Positions 11,323 to 24,531 of a DNA stretch of 64,000 nt are shown one piece after another. Within the stretch, counting starts at the first letter, position 1. The number at the start of each line of letters is the position of its first letter. The stretch spans positions 8,101,438 to 8,165,437 of the forward strand of contig NC_068992.1 in the NCBI RefSeq assembly GCF_001194135.2, read 5' to 3'. Under the pieces are notes generated by a model. It had not been told where the DNA came from. It saw only the letters and a list, made by a program, of their open reading frames with translations, and ran no database searches. The translations under genes and the position numbers were made by a program. The DNA is from Octopus bimaculoides. Taxonomy: Eukaryota.

Positions 11323-14300
11323 CACACACTTGACATTGTTTCAGTAATTTCTTAATCTTTCACCGTTATTTTTCTCTTTGCCTGTGTTATAAATACGTAT
11401 TGTCACTTTATTATATTGTATTAATATATAATTATTTTATCACCTTCTTTTTCTCTATTACATTTCATGTATTTTTGTATTTATTGCATGTATTTCACAA
11501 ATTTCACACATTTATGTTGAATTACATTCTTGGTTTTACTTTTATTTCTTTATATTTTTTTTTGTAAATACATTACTTTATACATCAGTAAAATTGTAAA
11601 ATTTTGTTGGCTATAAAAATAGGACAACACCTTCAGTAGATCTGATCTAGTAGTTCTCTGAATCAAATGTATACACCTAACTCTTTCTCTCTCACATATA
11701 CATGCATACGCACCTCTATAAATAGTTAATGCTGGAAGGCATAAAATAATCCTGGTGTGCACGTACATCATTTTTATTAATGTTCCAACTAACATTAACC
11801 CAGTATTAGATTAGTTAATGCTTTTATTCTTTGTATGGCTTGATGATCAACTTTACATCAATTTATAATCATCAAATAAGATCTGATAGTATGTTAGTGT
11901 TAACACCTCAAAATAGATAGAATATTAACTAGAAAATATGTGGTGAGAAAAATGAAATGTTACTCTTAGGTTTCTGGCAGTACAAGAGACAATTCTGGAT
12001 ATGTCTTAGCCTTATTGTGATTTCATCAATGAAGCATAATTGCCAAAATAGTGACAAAACTATCTCAAAGTAAATGTTAAATATCGGTGCTATGAAATAG
12101 TTTTCTTCACTGCGTATTTCTAGTTAGCTTTTGCATTATGTTACTATTAACTTATTGTTTTTTTCATGCAGATGGCATATCTGAATTATTTAAAGATCAG
12201 CAACTTAGTGTGAAACTTTTAAATAACAGCCAACATACTTTTAAGATTTATATTCACCATTTTATGATAGAAATGACTGTCAGGCCCAAATGAGATTCCA
12301 ACCATTCTAAAGTGGGTCCCTTGTTCATTATCTACTGTATTTGATGACATATAAACACATCTTTTCCTTCAAAATGTCTTTAAAAAATCACCTTTGGGCT
12401 TAAATGCAAAGTTGGGCCTATATTGCATGCTTTAATGCGCTATAAACTTTGGGAAGCATCTCATATGCCTTGTGCATCTTTTATGCCATCAAATACTGTT
12501 ATACTAAGTTGGTATTTATAAGATACTGTTTATAATAGATAATAGCATTTAATGTCTGAGATGTTAAATTATAATGGTTAGTATGTTTAACAACTATTTA
12601 CTGAAAATACAGATGCATTATACAATATTACACACCTGTAATGTCAGGTAATTACTACAGTGATTCTGATTGCTTAGGCTGCAGATTCTTCCTGTCCTTG
12701 GACTTGCCAGGGTAAGGTGACAGTCTTAGAGCAAAAGCAGTAATAGCAATGTGTCTAGTTGCAAGCTGCTAAGTGGAGGTGCTTGGTGCTTTGGTGAAAG
12801 TAAGATACAAACTTGTCAGAGAAAGTTCAATATGTTCTTTACTTAACTTTTGCATCTCTTTCTCTTTTAAAAAAAAAAAATTTTTTTATTTCTCTCTCCT
12901 GTTTCTGTCTCTCTTTTTCTTTCTCTCTCTCTCTCACACACACACAATTGTGCATATAGTAATAACTGGATGGTTCTAGTGAGATATTTAGCAAAACCAA
13001 TATTCAAGTCCTTCATTAAAATTAGATTAACTATCAATGGCATGTTTTAAAAACGACCTGATTCTGCTTTGCTATTTTACCGACATTTTTATTTTATCTG
13101 ATCCATGCAAACATAAAAAAGTGGACTTTAAATAATGATGGAATAGATACTGTTGAAATAATGATGGAATGGATACTGTTGGGTCATTCAACAGAGCAGA
13201 TCCCAGTTGTGAATTTTAATTGCTTGAGTTTAAATACAAAGAAACAGGAAAAAAAGTGAGATAAGGAAGGGGGGAAAAAATAGGAGATAAAGCAGCAGAA
13301 AATGGAGGTGGGGGCGATGGGCCACATACCCTGGAACAAATGGTGTACTCAGCCACACCCTGCGATAATGACTGCAATGGCGTTGCAGCTGAGAATGGCC
13401 AGTGACACTCGCTGCAACAGCCAGTCCACCTTGTGGGGCTCATTTCTCCGATGGGTTGCCATTATCCCTATTTTGCCTGAGTAGACTTTTCAAATAAGTT
13501 CAACTCCACAGTTTAATGACTAAATCTTTTTGATTTTGTTGAATATGGGAGATAAAAAAAAATAAAAATAAAATAAAACAAAAACTGGCACACTTCGAAC
13601 AAGTCTTTTTTGTTTTAATAAAGAAAAGTTTTCAAATAAAAAAATTTAGAGGAAAAGTATATAGAAAGTTGTTTTAAAAAATGTAAAACAAAGAATTGTT
13701 ATTTTAATATTTACACATTTTTTTTGTGATCACTCTAGCATTTTTTAATAAAATTTTGTGAAGCTTTAAGTTATGTTTTCAAAATTTCATAGTGTACCAT
13801 GCACCACTTGCAGTTCACTGCAACAGACACTTCAATTATTTCACTTTATAAGTTTGGATGTGACATTCTTCTTACACGAGAACACTTCAATGTTTAGGAT
13901 TCCCTATCAAGTTTTGGATCGTATAAACCACAAATCTTTGATCACTGTAAATAGCATCTTCTGAAATTCAAATGTCAATTTTTTTTTTTTTTAAATCGGT
14001 TACATGATGTATTAACTAATTTGGCCATTGAGTGATAGAAATGATAGTATGTCTAATTTGATGTTTGATAGTATTTGCCTTCAAAAGGTCGACCGTTGAA
14101 TCAATAAATAAATTAATTACCAGGTATACACTGAGGTTGCTTAGTATATGTGTGTCCTCATTACCTATGTAAGAAACCATATTAATGATTCACCAATTCT
14201 TTTCAAAATGTTTTCTTTGAAACTGTTGTGAAATTTTATTTTTAACTATGATGACACAATGTGTCTTTATGTTACAGTCACTTTATTTTACTGAAAATAT

Positions 14301-14392
14301 TGTATTAGAGAACATTATTTAAATTTTTTTTTATTATTATTATTGTTGTTGTGTTTGGTTTGTGTGTAATGTGTGTGGTGTATTGTTGGCAG

Positions 14393-14494
14393 GCGGTGGG
14401 ACCGAAATCAGTCTGGAACCAGACACTGAGCCGTCCACGACTGACACACCGACTGAAGCTCAGCCGGCTGGAAGTGCTCTCCCTACTCTCAACA
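14393..14494 (+). CDS. SNX2: Duplicated cassette exon (G-GGTEISLEPDTEPSTTDTPTEAQPAGSALPTLN-S), phase 1 to 1
   Basis: ggcag acceptor, A|gtgagt donor, 102 bp, open frame, paralogous to the 5' part of exon 18370. Confidence 0.8.
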
Positions 14495-15253
14495 GTGAGT
14501 TATTCACACTCCTGGATTGATTGATCCATATTGTCTTTAGAATATCATAGAAATTTAGCTATTCTATTACTGAAACCTACTAAATCTCAATAATTATAAG
14601 TGATAATTATAAGTGATTATTATAAGTGATAATTATAACATTCTTAACTAAAATGAATGAGAAAAACAATAAAATTCATCCTTTACCTGTGAAACCTAGT
14701 GAAGATATTAGAATATTTGTTAAAAAATATGAAAATTTAAGTGTTTTGTCAAAATAGATGAAATAATTGTATTCTTAATATGAAATTTGTTGGACTCAAA
14801 ATAATCAATAGGCAAAGTTTTGGTAGGGGTGTCATAATTTTGCAGGTACATAATTAACTGGCTTATAGTTTTACATGTTAGTGTGTGTTTTCTTAATTGA
14901 CAATTGACTATAAACTGTGGCCAACAGCAATGATATTTTGGATAAAATATCTGAATCTTGTTGATTCAGTTCAATCTGATTAATTCTTCCTGTTGTAGAA
15001 ATTTGGCAAACTTCCTGAAAATTAGATTAAAATTGGTTTTGTACTGTAAATACAAAAAAAAAAAAAACACAGGAAACAAATTCTGATTTTGATATTCTTG
15101 TTATTGATTTTTATTGCTATGTAGGTTGTTTCTCTCACAATTTAGAATGTGATATTAGTTTGAAGAAATTGTCCTACCCAAGAAATAGTTCTTCTGCTTT
15201 GTTGTTAAATAGATTCACCTCTTCACATCAACTTGTTGATCAACTGATTTATT

Positions 15254-15474
15254 TTAACCCTCTAGCATTCAGATTGCTCTGTCAATAGTAATAATTATTG
15301 ATTCACATTGTTTTAAATTAATTATGCGTTATCTTTAAGATTTTGCTGATATGATTGTTTATGTTTAGAATAAAATTGTAGGGTAGGTATGAGAGGGTAG
15401 ATCTGACCTGTTTGAACAGAAAAGAGGTAGAGTGTTTGGGCCTGATATGGCCGGTCTAAGTGCTGAAAGCTTAA
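15254..15474 (+). mobile_element. piggyBac-like MITE (TTAA-flanked)
   Basis: TTAA-CCCTCTAGCATT start and ...GCTGAAAGC-TTAA end; related copies at 19830 and 28935. Confidence 0.7.
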
Positions 15475-16164
15475 ACATGTTCATGTAAATTCTGTGTTTT
15501 CTTCCATGGTTGAAAGGCAGTTGTTGGTGTTTTGGGGGTTAATCACTGTTTTATGTTTTCATCAACGTCACTCTCCTTGAATGACAGTTCAGTTGTGGTT
15601 GATCATTCAGGTTTAATAAAACCTTATCTCTTGATTCACATGACATTATTTCAGTTGCCATTATGACAAACATTTTCTTAGTTGCTCTCGAACTGCTGTT
15701 TTCAAAACTGCATGCAATTAAAGATACATTGTGCTACACATTTTAACAGACAAGCTTAGAATATTTGTATCCTGTTCTTTCTAGTAACTGACAGAGAAAT
15801 GCTGCATGTAATTCTTAGTTGATTAAGAAGTTGGTCTTTTCTCACACCTAAGACAGAACACACACATATAAGCACATAATCTGAGCCAGATCAGTCTGTC
15901 TGTAAGGCAAGTCCTCATTCCCCAACTCTTTGACATCATCAGGTTTTATTTAAAGACCTCTACTCTTCCAAAATTGCTGATTCTTCCATCTAGGCTCATT
16001 TGATGTTGCTCTTCTTCACCTCTTTTGTTTTTCTTCAGTTCCAAACTGAGCAAACTTTAAACATCTAATTGCCTGAGATTAATTATTGTCAATAAGATTA
16101 TAATTTTTCACACTAATTAACCTTATTTTTAATTATAAAATGATTTAATATTTACATTTGCAAG

Positions 16165-16378
16165 TTGCAGAGCTGGCAGAATTGTTAGCATTGCTGGCAA
16201 AATGTTTAGTCTCTCTGCATTTTGTCTGTCTTTATGTTCAAATTCTGCCAAAGTTGACTTAGCTTTTCATCTTTCTGGGGTCGATAAAGTAAGTACCATT
16301 TGAGTATTGGTGTTGATGTCGTCGACTTATCACCCCACTGAAATTGCTGGCTTTGTACCAAAATTTGAAGCCAATACT
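16165..16378 (+). mobile_element. tRNA-derived SINE (family C)
   Basis: gagctggcagaattgttagc head, ggggtcgataaagtaagtacc central domain. Confidence 0.75.
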
Positions 16379-17934
16379 TCAATCTGCACTGCTTTTTGAT
16401 TGATTTAATCTATAATCATCATCATCATCAGGTGTCTTATTCTTCTATGTGTCATTGTACCAAACTGGATTTGGACACAAATCCTTTATTTCTAAACTTA
16501 GTTGTAAGGCTCTTATCCACTAGGTTCCTGACATGCATACATAAAGGTAGTGATGATTTAAGTATTAAATATCAATGCAATTTTTATCTCTTGTCTGAAA
16601 AATAATAATTGAAAGAACATCCTTTCTCAGAATTTTCCCTTTCTATCTATCCCTTTTTTTTCACTGCTCCTGTAACAATTTAATATATTGACTCAGTTAT
16701 AAGCATCTTCTAGTCTTAAGTGGAATTAAAAAACACTAAGGCTATAGTTCTTCTCAGACTAATTGAGAATATGAAAGGGAGAAGTTTCTCAACATTTCAT
16801 TGACACACGCATAAGAAAAGAAAATTATTGATGTTATAGTTTTATAAGGCAAGGATAGAAAGAGCTAGAATTATCTATGACCTTATATTAAATTGTTCCT
16901 TCTGTTATTTTCTGGAAAAAAACTAAATTCAGGTTTTCTATTTTCTTTTTTTCTATTTTTGTTGCACAGTTTTGTTGATATATTATTATTATTATTATTA
17001 TTTTGTGTGTGCACCATGAATGTTTGACTCGTGTCTTTTTAATTTCATTTTCTTCTGTCTGAAATTTGCTTGCTGTCGTTAAATTCTTGCATGCAAGTGC
17101 ACACTGGATATATTTATTTATTTATTTTTGTTACTGCTCTATAACGATCACCAGTAATGATGATGATGATGATTTTTGGTAATGTTTTTATGAAACAGCC
17201 ACAAAACCTTCTGTTAGTATGGTTTCAGAAATGTCTCCGAAGACCCTGTTATAGAATCGGCAGTTGGTCATTTGAAGTATTCTTCCTCTTGGTACAAAAT
17301 GTAATCTCTTCTCAGTTGTTGTTGTTGTTGTTGCTTATCTTCAGGTTAGCCCCTCATCAACCAGATAAATGATCAAAAGTGGTTTAGCTGTTACTATCCT
17401 GTGTTGTTTTTTTTTCTCCTTTTATACATTGGGAACTGTATTGTACAATGCGTTTTCTTCATTTAAGCTAGTGGGGTGTAATTTGAAGAAAATTATCTGC
17501 TATTTGTTGCAACTTGAGTGACCACTTGGCGTGAGACTCCCTTGTTGGCTTGTGGTTCCCTAGTTAACTTACAGCTGCCTTGTGACTCTTTGACTTCTCA
17601 GTTTTAGTACAAGTTGTTCATTCTGCATTCAATTCTTTTTATTTTGTCACCATATTTTTCTACTTTAATAAGATGGTATATTCCTTTAATATTCTAAATA
17701 CATCTTTTTGCTTCTTAGATTGTAAAATTCTTTGTGTATAACTGTTGGTGAGTGTAATTATACAACACGTTCACAGGCACATGCATACATTATTATGATT
17801 ATATTTAGAAATCTGTAAATATGTAGCTCTTGTTATATTCTTTGTTAGACTGTTAGCTATTGTTGTTGTTGGCCTAAGCATACATCCCTAACTCATTAGA
17901 TTATACTAGTACTACTACTACTAATAATATTAAG

Positions 17935-18150
17935 GATTTCAAATTTTGGTATTAGGCTTGAAATTTCGATGGAGGGGTAAGTCAGTTACGTCGACCCCAG
18001 TGCTTAACTGGTACTTATTTTATCAACCCCAAAAGGATGAAGGGCAAAGTTGACCTCTGCAGAATTTAAGTTCAGAACATAAAGGTGGATGAAATGCCAT
18101 TAAGCCTTTGGCCCAGCATGCTGACAATTCTGCCAGCTCACTGCCTTTCT
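17935..18150 (-). mobile_element. tRNA-derived SINE (family C)
   Basis: Reverse complement of the family C copy at 16165. Confidence 0.75.
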
Positions 18151-18369
18151 AATAGTAGTAGTAGTAGTAGTAGTAATAATGATAATAATGATGATAATAA
18201 TAGTAGTAGTAGATCTTTGAGATTCCATCAGAAATTAAGAAAGAGACCATTTTGTGGTCCTTGATTCCTACAGAGCATTGTTATGGTTAGGTAGAAAGTT
18301 TAGGAAGTATTGAATGTTTGAATGTTTTCCATGTCCACTTGTCTGCATAACTATGTTGATATTTCTCAG

Positions 18370-18569
18370 GTGGCGGGACTGAAGTAAGGTTGGACTCCGA
18401 TGAAGAGGAGACCGAAACCCCGACTGAGGCCCAACCGGCTGGAGTGTCACTCCCGTCAGAGAGCAGTGATGTCTCCAGAGCAGATGAAGAACCTCCAAGA
18501 GTCGGTATCTCACAGACATCAACTACTTCGAAAATGTCTTCATCGACTATAAAGCAAGACAAAAATGAG
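18370..18569 (+). CDS. SNX2: SNX1/2 exon (G-GGTEVRLDSDEEETETPTEAQPAG...KQDKNE), phase 1 to 0
   Basis: ttctcag acceptor, GAG|gtatgt donor; TEVRLDS resembles SNX2 EEVSLDS; in frame with the next exon. Confidence 0.88.
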
Positions 18570-19143
18570 GTATGTGTATGTATGCATGTTCCTGTGTCAA
18601 AGACAATACATGTGTTCAGTTTTTGCTGAATGACCTGCACAAGCAATTTGTTTATAGTGACCAAACGTATGTGCTGTACATTAGCTAACTCGCTCCATCA
18701 AATTGACGTTACCTGAATAAGTGCATGGTGTACCACATGTCAGGTGTCAGTGAATGCAGAGCAATGTGAGATGAAGTGTTTTGTTCAAGCATACAATGCA
18801 CCACCTAATCCATGAATTGAAACTATGATCTTGTGATCGTGAGTGCAATGCCCTAACCACTTGGCCATACACCCTCACATTATATAATATGTATGTGTGT
18901 GTGTGGTGTTTGTGTTTCTCTCAACCATTTCATCATGATAGCTCTCTTTCATCTCATTGACAATCTTTCAATTACAGATGAGGGCTGACTCTTGGTGGGT
19001 ATTTTGCTTGAAATGTTGATGATGTATTTAATTGTTATCTGTATCCTATACTAAAGCAACTGATTAACAGAATTAGTGTGATGGACAAAATGCCTTGCTC
19101 TATTTAGTTGCATACCTTTATATGTATGTACGTGTATATGTAT

Positions 19144-19356
19144 ACCACCTGACTGGCCTTCGTGCCAGTGGCACGTAAAAGCACCCACTACACTCTTGGA
19201 GTGGTTGGTGTTAGGAAGGGCATCCAGCTGTAGAAACTCTGCCAGATCAGATTGGAGCCTGGTGTAGCCATCTGGTTTCACCAGCCCTTAGTCAGATTGT
19301 CCAACCCATGCTAGCATGGAAAGCGGACGTTAAACGATGACGATGATGATGGTGAT
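19144..19356 (+). mobile_element. RTE 3'-end repeat (family A)
   Basis: Nearly identical to the 3' part of the copy at 1878-2201; (GAT)n tail. Confidence 0.8.
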
Positions 19357-19401
19357 GTATATATATATATAAATTATAAATTTTGTTTTCATTGGTTTCA
19401 G

Positions 19402-19503
19402 ATTGAGGAAGAAGATCCATATACTCTTGAAATAAAAGTCTGTGAACCCAACAGGGTAGGAGATGGCATGGGAGCCTATATTGTTTATAAAGTCATCTCC
19501 AAG
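19402..19503 (+). CDS. SNX2: SNX1/2 PX-domain start (IEEEDPYTLEIKVCEPNRVGDGMGAYIVYKVISK), phase 0 to 0
   Basis: tttcag acceptor, AAG|gtaacc donor, 34 codons, PX beta-strand motif. Confidence 0.96.
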
Positions 19504-19829
19504 GTAACCTGACTTTTGATTGTACTTTTTAATCAGTCTTTTTTCTTTGTTTGGATTAAGGTTACCTTTTATTTTACTTTATTTATTTATATTTTTAAAT
19601 TTGTATATTTATGTATGAATTGTTGGAGCAAATGTTTTTTGGTAGATTTTATTAATTCATGCTTATTACTAGACTGCTAAAGATTGTCAGTGTGTAGGTT
19701 TCATCTTTAGTGTGTGGTTAGTTATTTATTCTTTGTTGGTAGTTTACAACATGACCATTCTTACATACGAATTTTCAAATATTTTATTAGTCTGCAATGT
19801 TCATATTTACTTGTGTATATGTAAATAAT

Positions 19830-20017
19830 TTAACCCTTTAGCATTTAAACTGGCCCTATCTGACCCATATATTCTTTCTGTTTTAAAATCTGGCCTCTTT
19901 ACAATGTTATCCAAAAAATAGTCACTTCATTGAAATCTCATGGCTATATGATTAATTGAAAACATTGTGAATAAATAAGCATTATGTTTAACAGTAATTT
20001 GAATAGTAAAGAGTTAA
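19830..20017 (-). mobile_element. piggyBac-like MITE (TTAA-flanked)
   Basis: TTAA-CCCTTTAGCATT ... TAAAGAG-TTAA; internal sequence is the reverse complement of the 15254 copy. Confidence 0.72.
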
Positions 20018-20245
20018 TGGAACATTATCATAAAACAGTGAACATTGTGTTTAGGAATCAACTTGCTAGATAATATGAAAGTAGTATATAATAGTCATTG
20101 AAGTTAAAATAAGTAGAAGAAATTTTAGTCAGTGTCTAATTAATGTGTGTTATTCAGCACTGGAGGCGCAATGGCCCAGTGGTTAAAAAAAATAAAAATA
20201 ATAATAAACAGCATGAAAAATTATTTAATCTTTTCACATTTTCAG

Positions 20246-20387
20246 ACTAATATTCCTGCATTCCGTAAAACTACCATGACAGTTCTAAGACGATTCAGTG
20301 ATTTCTTGGGACTACATGAAAAATTAGCTCTTAAGTACATTCGAGATGGACGAATTGTGCCACCAGCTCCTGAAAAGAGTGTCCTTG
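20246..20387 (+). CDS. SNX2: SNX1/2 PX core (TNIPAFRKTTMTVLRRFSDFLGLHEKLALKYIRDGRIVPPAPEKSVL-G), phase 0 to 1
   Basis: ttttcag acceptor, G|gtaaaa donor; RRFSDF and PPAPEK PX signatures. Confidence 0.97.
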
Positions 20388-21451
20388 GTAAAAAAAAAAA
20401 AAAAACCCTTTTTTTCACACTTTTTTTTACCTGATTGGTTAAATTTTTATTTTTTTATTCAGTTAAACTTTCTTCAATTTTCATATTAACTCTACAAGTT
20501 TCAAAAACAAAAAAATTTCCTCCATTGTTTCCTGATTCCCAGCTTTACTGTGTTGCTATTGCTAAGTGAGATGTAGGTATGGCTGTATAGTTTATAAGTT
20601 TTCTTCCCAACCACATGGTTTTGGGTTCAGTCCCACTACATAGCAACTTGGGCAAATGTCTTCTACTAAAGCCCTAGTGGGCTGACCTAAGTCTTGTGAG
20701 AGGATTTGCTTGACAGAAACTGAAAGAAGCCTGCTGTATGTATATTTGTGACAGAGGATCGAGATATGTGGTACATTGCTGTACTTAAGACATGCCCACC
20801 ACAACAGAATTAAGGTCCTAAAAACCAAGGTGCTACATAAAATGCATCGGTGTGGATGCTGGTGCCCCATAAAAAGCACTGATGATGGTGCTACACAAAA
20901 AGCGTCCAGTACACTCTGGAAAGGTCGGCATTAGGAAGGGCATCCAGTCATAGAAACAGTCTATGGAACCTGGTGCAACCCCTGGCCTTGCCAGTTCCTT
21001 TCAAGCCATCCAACCCATGCCAGCATGGAAAACAGATGTTAAATGTTGATGATGACGATATATATACTTATTTGTGTGTGTGTTTATGTCTCCTTGTCTT
21101 GACATTGTGTGATAGCTGTACATGAAAGTCATATACATACCTGTATGTATATAATGACACTGTGAGACAGAATTATAAAAATGGATTTACTAAATGGGGG
21201 CATATTATGGGTAGCAAAATCAGCTAGTTACTAGATTAGTGGGACCTAATTTTGGGTTCACATCTTCAGAGTTATTCCTTCTAAAAGTAAACAGAAGCAT
21301 TTGTAGATATTGGGAATTATATTTACAGTCAAGTCTTTTAATGTTGCTTGTCACCTATTTAAACAGGTTAATGATTCTGTTTATTGATATTTAGTGTAGC
21401 TTGTTTAACAACTGTCAATTGTAATGTTATATATCTATTGAATTGTTGCAG

Positions 21452-21530
21452 GGATGACCAAAATCAAAATGAATAAGGAGGAATCTGGATCCACCGAATT
21501 CATTGAAAGACGGCGACTTGCATTGCAAAG
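21452..21530 (+). CDS. SNX2: SNX1/2 PX exon (G-MTKIKMNKEESGSTEFIERRRLALQ-R), phase 1 to 2
   Basis: ttgcag acceptor, AG|gtgagt donor; matches SNX2 [26 protein letters not shown]. Confidence 0.96.
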
Positions 21531-21823
21531 GTGAGTCTGAATTCTTTGTGTTAGCACTTTCATCATACGGAGCATTACTGGGAAGATCTTTAGCATTATT
21601 GTTATAACCCTTGAAGTTCAACGTTCTAGTTTTACTTTCATTTTCCTTGAGAAGGTATTTCGGGATGCTTTTATTATCCTTGGGGGCTTATTTGAAGCAG
21701 CATTGTACAGTTGGGATCTCTCCCTGTTGGCAACCATTGCTTGTTAGTCAAGTAAGAGATTATTCATTCTACTGGTCTTGAAAAGTGTTGAGCAACTGCC
21801 TGTAATGTAAATATAAGATGACC

Positions 21824-22103
21824 GCCAGTACCGCTGGACTGGCTCCTGTGCAGGTGGCATGTAAAATACACCATTTCGAGCGTGGCTGTTGCCAGTACCT
21901 CCTGACTGGCCTTTGTGCCGGTGGCACATAAAAGCACCCACTACACTCTTGGAGTGGTTGGCATTAGGAAGGGCATCCAGCTGTAGAAACTCTGCCAAAT
22001 CAGATTGGAGCCTGGTGCAGCCATCTGGTTCACCAGTCCTCAGTCAAATCGTCCAACCCATGCTAGCATGGAAAGCAGACGTTAAACGATGATGATGACG
22101 ACG
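21824..22103 (+). mobile_element. RTE 3'-end repeat (family A)
   Basis: Two GCCAGT-N8-ACTGGC sub-repeats, then the shared terminus and (GAT/GAC)n tail. Confidence 0.8.
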
Positions 22104-22543
22104 ACCATTTCACTTAGATAGTGACAGTCAAAGTTATCGAATGCCTACATTCATGCACAAACGAGTATGTATACATGTATCTTAAATCTATTTATAACAA
22201 TAAAATGAAGCCTGGTTAGCAGTCTTCACATTCTCAGTTCAGAACCTGCTGAAGTTAACTTTATCTTCCATCCCTCCAGGGCTGATAAAAAAAAAAAATA
22301 AGAAAGCACAGGGGTTGAGAGTAGTGACTCGCCCCTCTCCCAAAATTGCTGGCCATGTGCCTAAATCAGAAACATTACTCTATTACTTGTTTCAGCCATG
22401 CAGCTGTGGTCACGCTGGAGCACCACCATTATTATCATTATTAAAAAATAATAATTATTATTATTATGTCAACTCTGCGTTTCATCCTTTCAAGGCCGAT
22501 AAAATAAGTACCAGTTGAATACTGAGGTTGATGTAATTGTCTT

Positions 22544-22980
22544 NNNNNNNNNNNNNNNNNNNNNNNNNNNNNNNNNNNNNNNNNNNNNNNNNNNNNNNNN
22601 NNNNNNNNNNNNNNNNNNNNNNNNNNNNNNNNNNNNNNNNNNNNNNNNNNNNNNNNNNNNNNNNNNNNNNNNNNNNNNNNNNNNNNNNNNNNNNNNNNNN
22701 NNNNNNNNNNNNNNNNNNNNNNNNNNNNNNNNNNNNNNNNNNNNNNNNNNNNNNNNNNNNNNNNNNNNNNNNNNNNNNNNNNNNNNNNNNNNNNNNNNNN
22801 NNNNNNNNNNNNNNNNNNNNNNNNNNNNNNNNNNNNNNNNNNNNNNNNNNNNNNNNNNNNNNNNNNNNNNNNNNNNNNNNNNNNNNNNNNNNNNNNNNNN
22901 NNNNNNNNNNNNNNNNNNNNNNNNNNNNNNNNNNNNNNNNNNNNNNNNNNNNNNNNNNNNNNNNNNNNNNNNNNNNNNNN
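22544..22980. other. Assembly gap (N run); others at 29949-29958, 43136-43247, 43835-43844, 50489-50754, 54410-54543, 58037-58133
   Basis: Runs of n in the sequence. Confidence 1.
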
Positions 22981-24324
22981 GATCTTAAATTGACATCAGG
23001 TATCTTATTCCCAGATGAATATTTACATAATCAGAAAAATTATATTTGTATTAACACTAACACATCACAGACATTAGACATTTAATAATCTTGACCACTG
23101 ACATTTTTTGTTTGTGTGTGTGTGTGTGTGTTATGCCGTATGTAAACAAACAAGTTTTTTTTTTTTTTTTCAAAGTGCTGAAATGTATGGTAGAACAAGT
23201 AGAAAGATAAATTTTATTCAATGCATAGATACTGAACAGTATAGATATAAAGGATAAAATCCTTTTTCTTTTTAAAAGCAGAAAAATTTGTCGGCAGCCT
23301 GCCATGAGAATTGAACTCACATCCCTCTAATATTTGGTTTGGCTTAAATGGTAAAGCATTCTAACCCTTGGTACAGTGCATGCACACAGGATCATTATTT
23401 TTTCTTCTAAGGCAGTAGGGTTGGAGAGTGATTTGGCTGTTATTTCTAACAGGCTGTAGGACCATGTATAAGTTTTTATGTTGATCTTGAACAAGACCAA
23501 TTATTTATTTTTTTCTGTGGCTAGTATTTCTAAATTAAAATATCACTTAAGTAAATTACTCAAATATGGATGCTATCCACATAAAAAAAAACAGGTTAAT
23601 TTTAACATATTTTATGTAGTAACCATCAAAGATCTACTTACAAATCCCTGTGTGGTGAGGAAAAGACAACATTGATGACTATTGTTTTTTGAATTATTTC
23701 AACAAGTACAGGAACATTTCTGATTAGTTTGTATACTCTGCTACTTCCTTCAAATTTGAATGAATCTGTACTAATATTTTATTGGACAAGGAAGTAGCCT
23801 AGTTTGGTGAGAATTTGATGCAAGAACTTGTGTAAGTGACAAAGAATTTAACGTATTAAAAAAAAGGCACTCTCATCAAAGCTAGTCACTAACTTATCAT
23901 AGCGATATGCTGACAGTTGTAGCTAATAAAACTCTTCTAAAATATTTACTTGTTTGAAAGTGGGTCGACCCACCACATGTTGGACAAAATAGTGATGGCA
24001 AAAACTTAATTGATAATAGTCTCAAGTTGCATGAATTGTAGAATATGTTTCAATTATTGTGCATACAATATGTATCATCTTCATTATCATTATAACATCC
24101 ACTTTTCCATGTTTGCATGAGTCGGATGGAATTTGTTGAGGCAGATTTTCTTCTATAGTCAAATGCCCTTCCTGTTGCCAACCCTCACTTTGTTTTCAAG
24201 CAAAGTAATATTCCCCCATGGTCCAACATGTTTCCATGAAAAATTAGAAACGAACACTGCTTGTATGACAGTGATGCTCATTTTACAACGATCGCGCATT
24301 GCCAAGACAAGGAGAGACTAGCAT

Positions 24325-24325
<1 letters not shown>

Positions 24326-24367
<42 letters not shown>

Positions 24368-24531
24368 ATGAGCATCTTACTGTTTATGTCTGCCAAATCC
24401 ACACACAAGGCTTTGGTTGGCCCTGAGCAGATGTTTAGAAGACACTTGCCCAAGGTGCCACACAGTGAGACTGAACTCAAAACAATGTGATTGGGGAGCG
24501 GGCTTCTTAACCCTACAGCTATGCCTACCCC
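24326..24531 (-). mobile_element. tRNA-derived SINE (family B) with internal (GT)n
   Basis: Reverse complement of the 5' half of the full-length copy at 36348. Confidence 0.72.

Noticed and set aside
12685-12711. 27-nt candidate micro-exon (cag...G|gtaagg), frame-preserving
   Set aside because: Only splice-like dinucleotides; weak polypyrimidine tract and no homology support.
21655-21751. Phase 2-0 open segment RYFGMLLLSLGAYLKQH...VSQ with gtaag donor, as the missing SNX exon
   Set aside because: Phases fit but there is no similarity to the conserved YLQRTVKHP...DPDL region.
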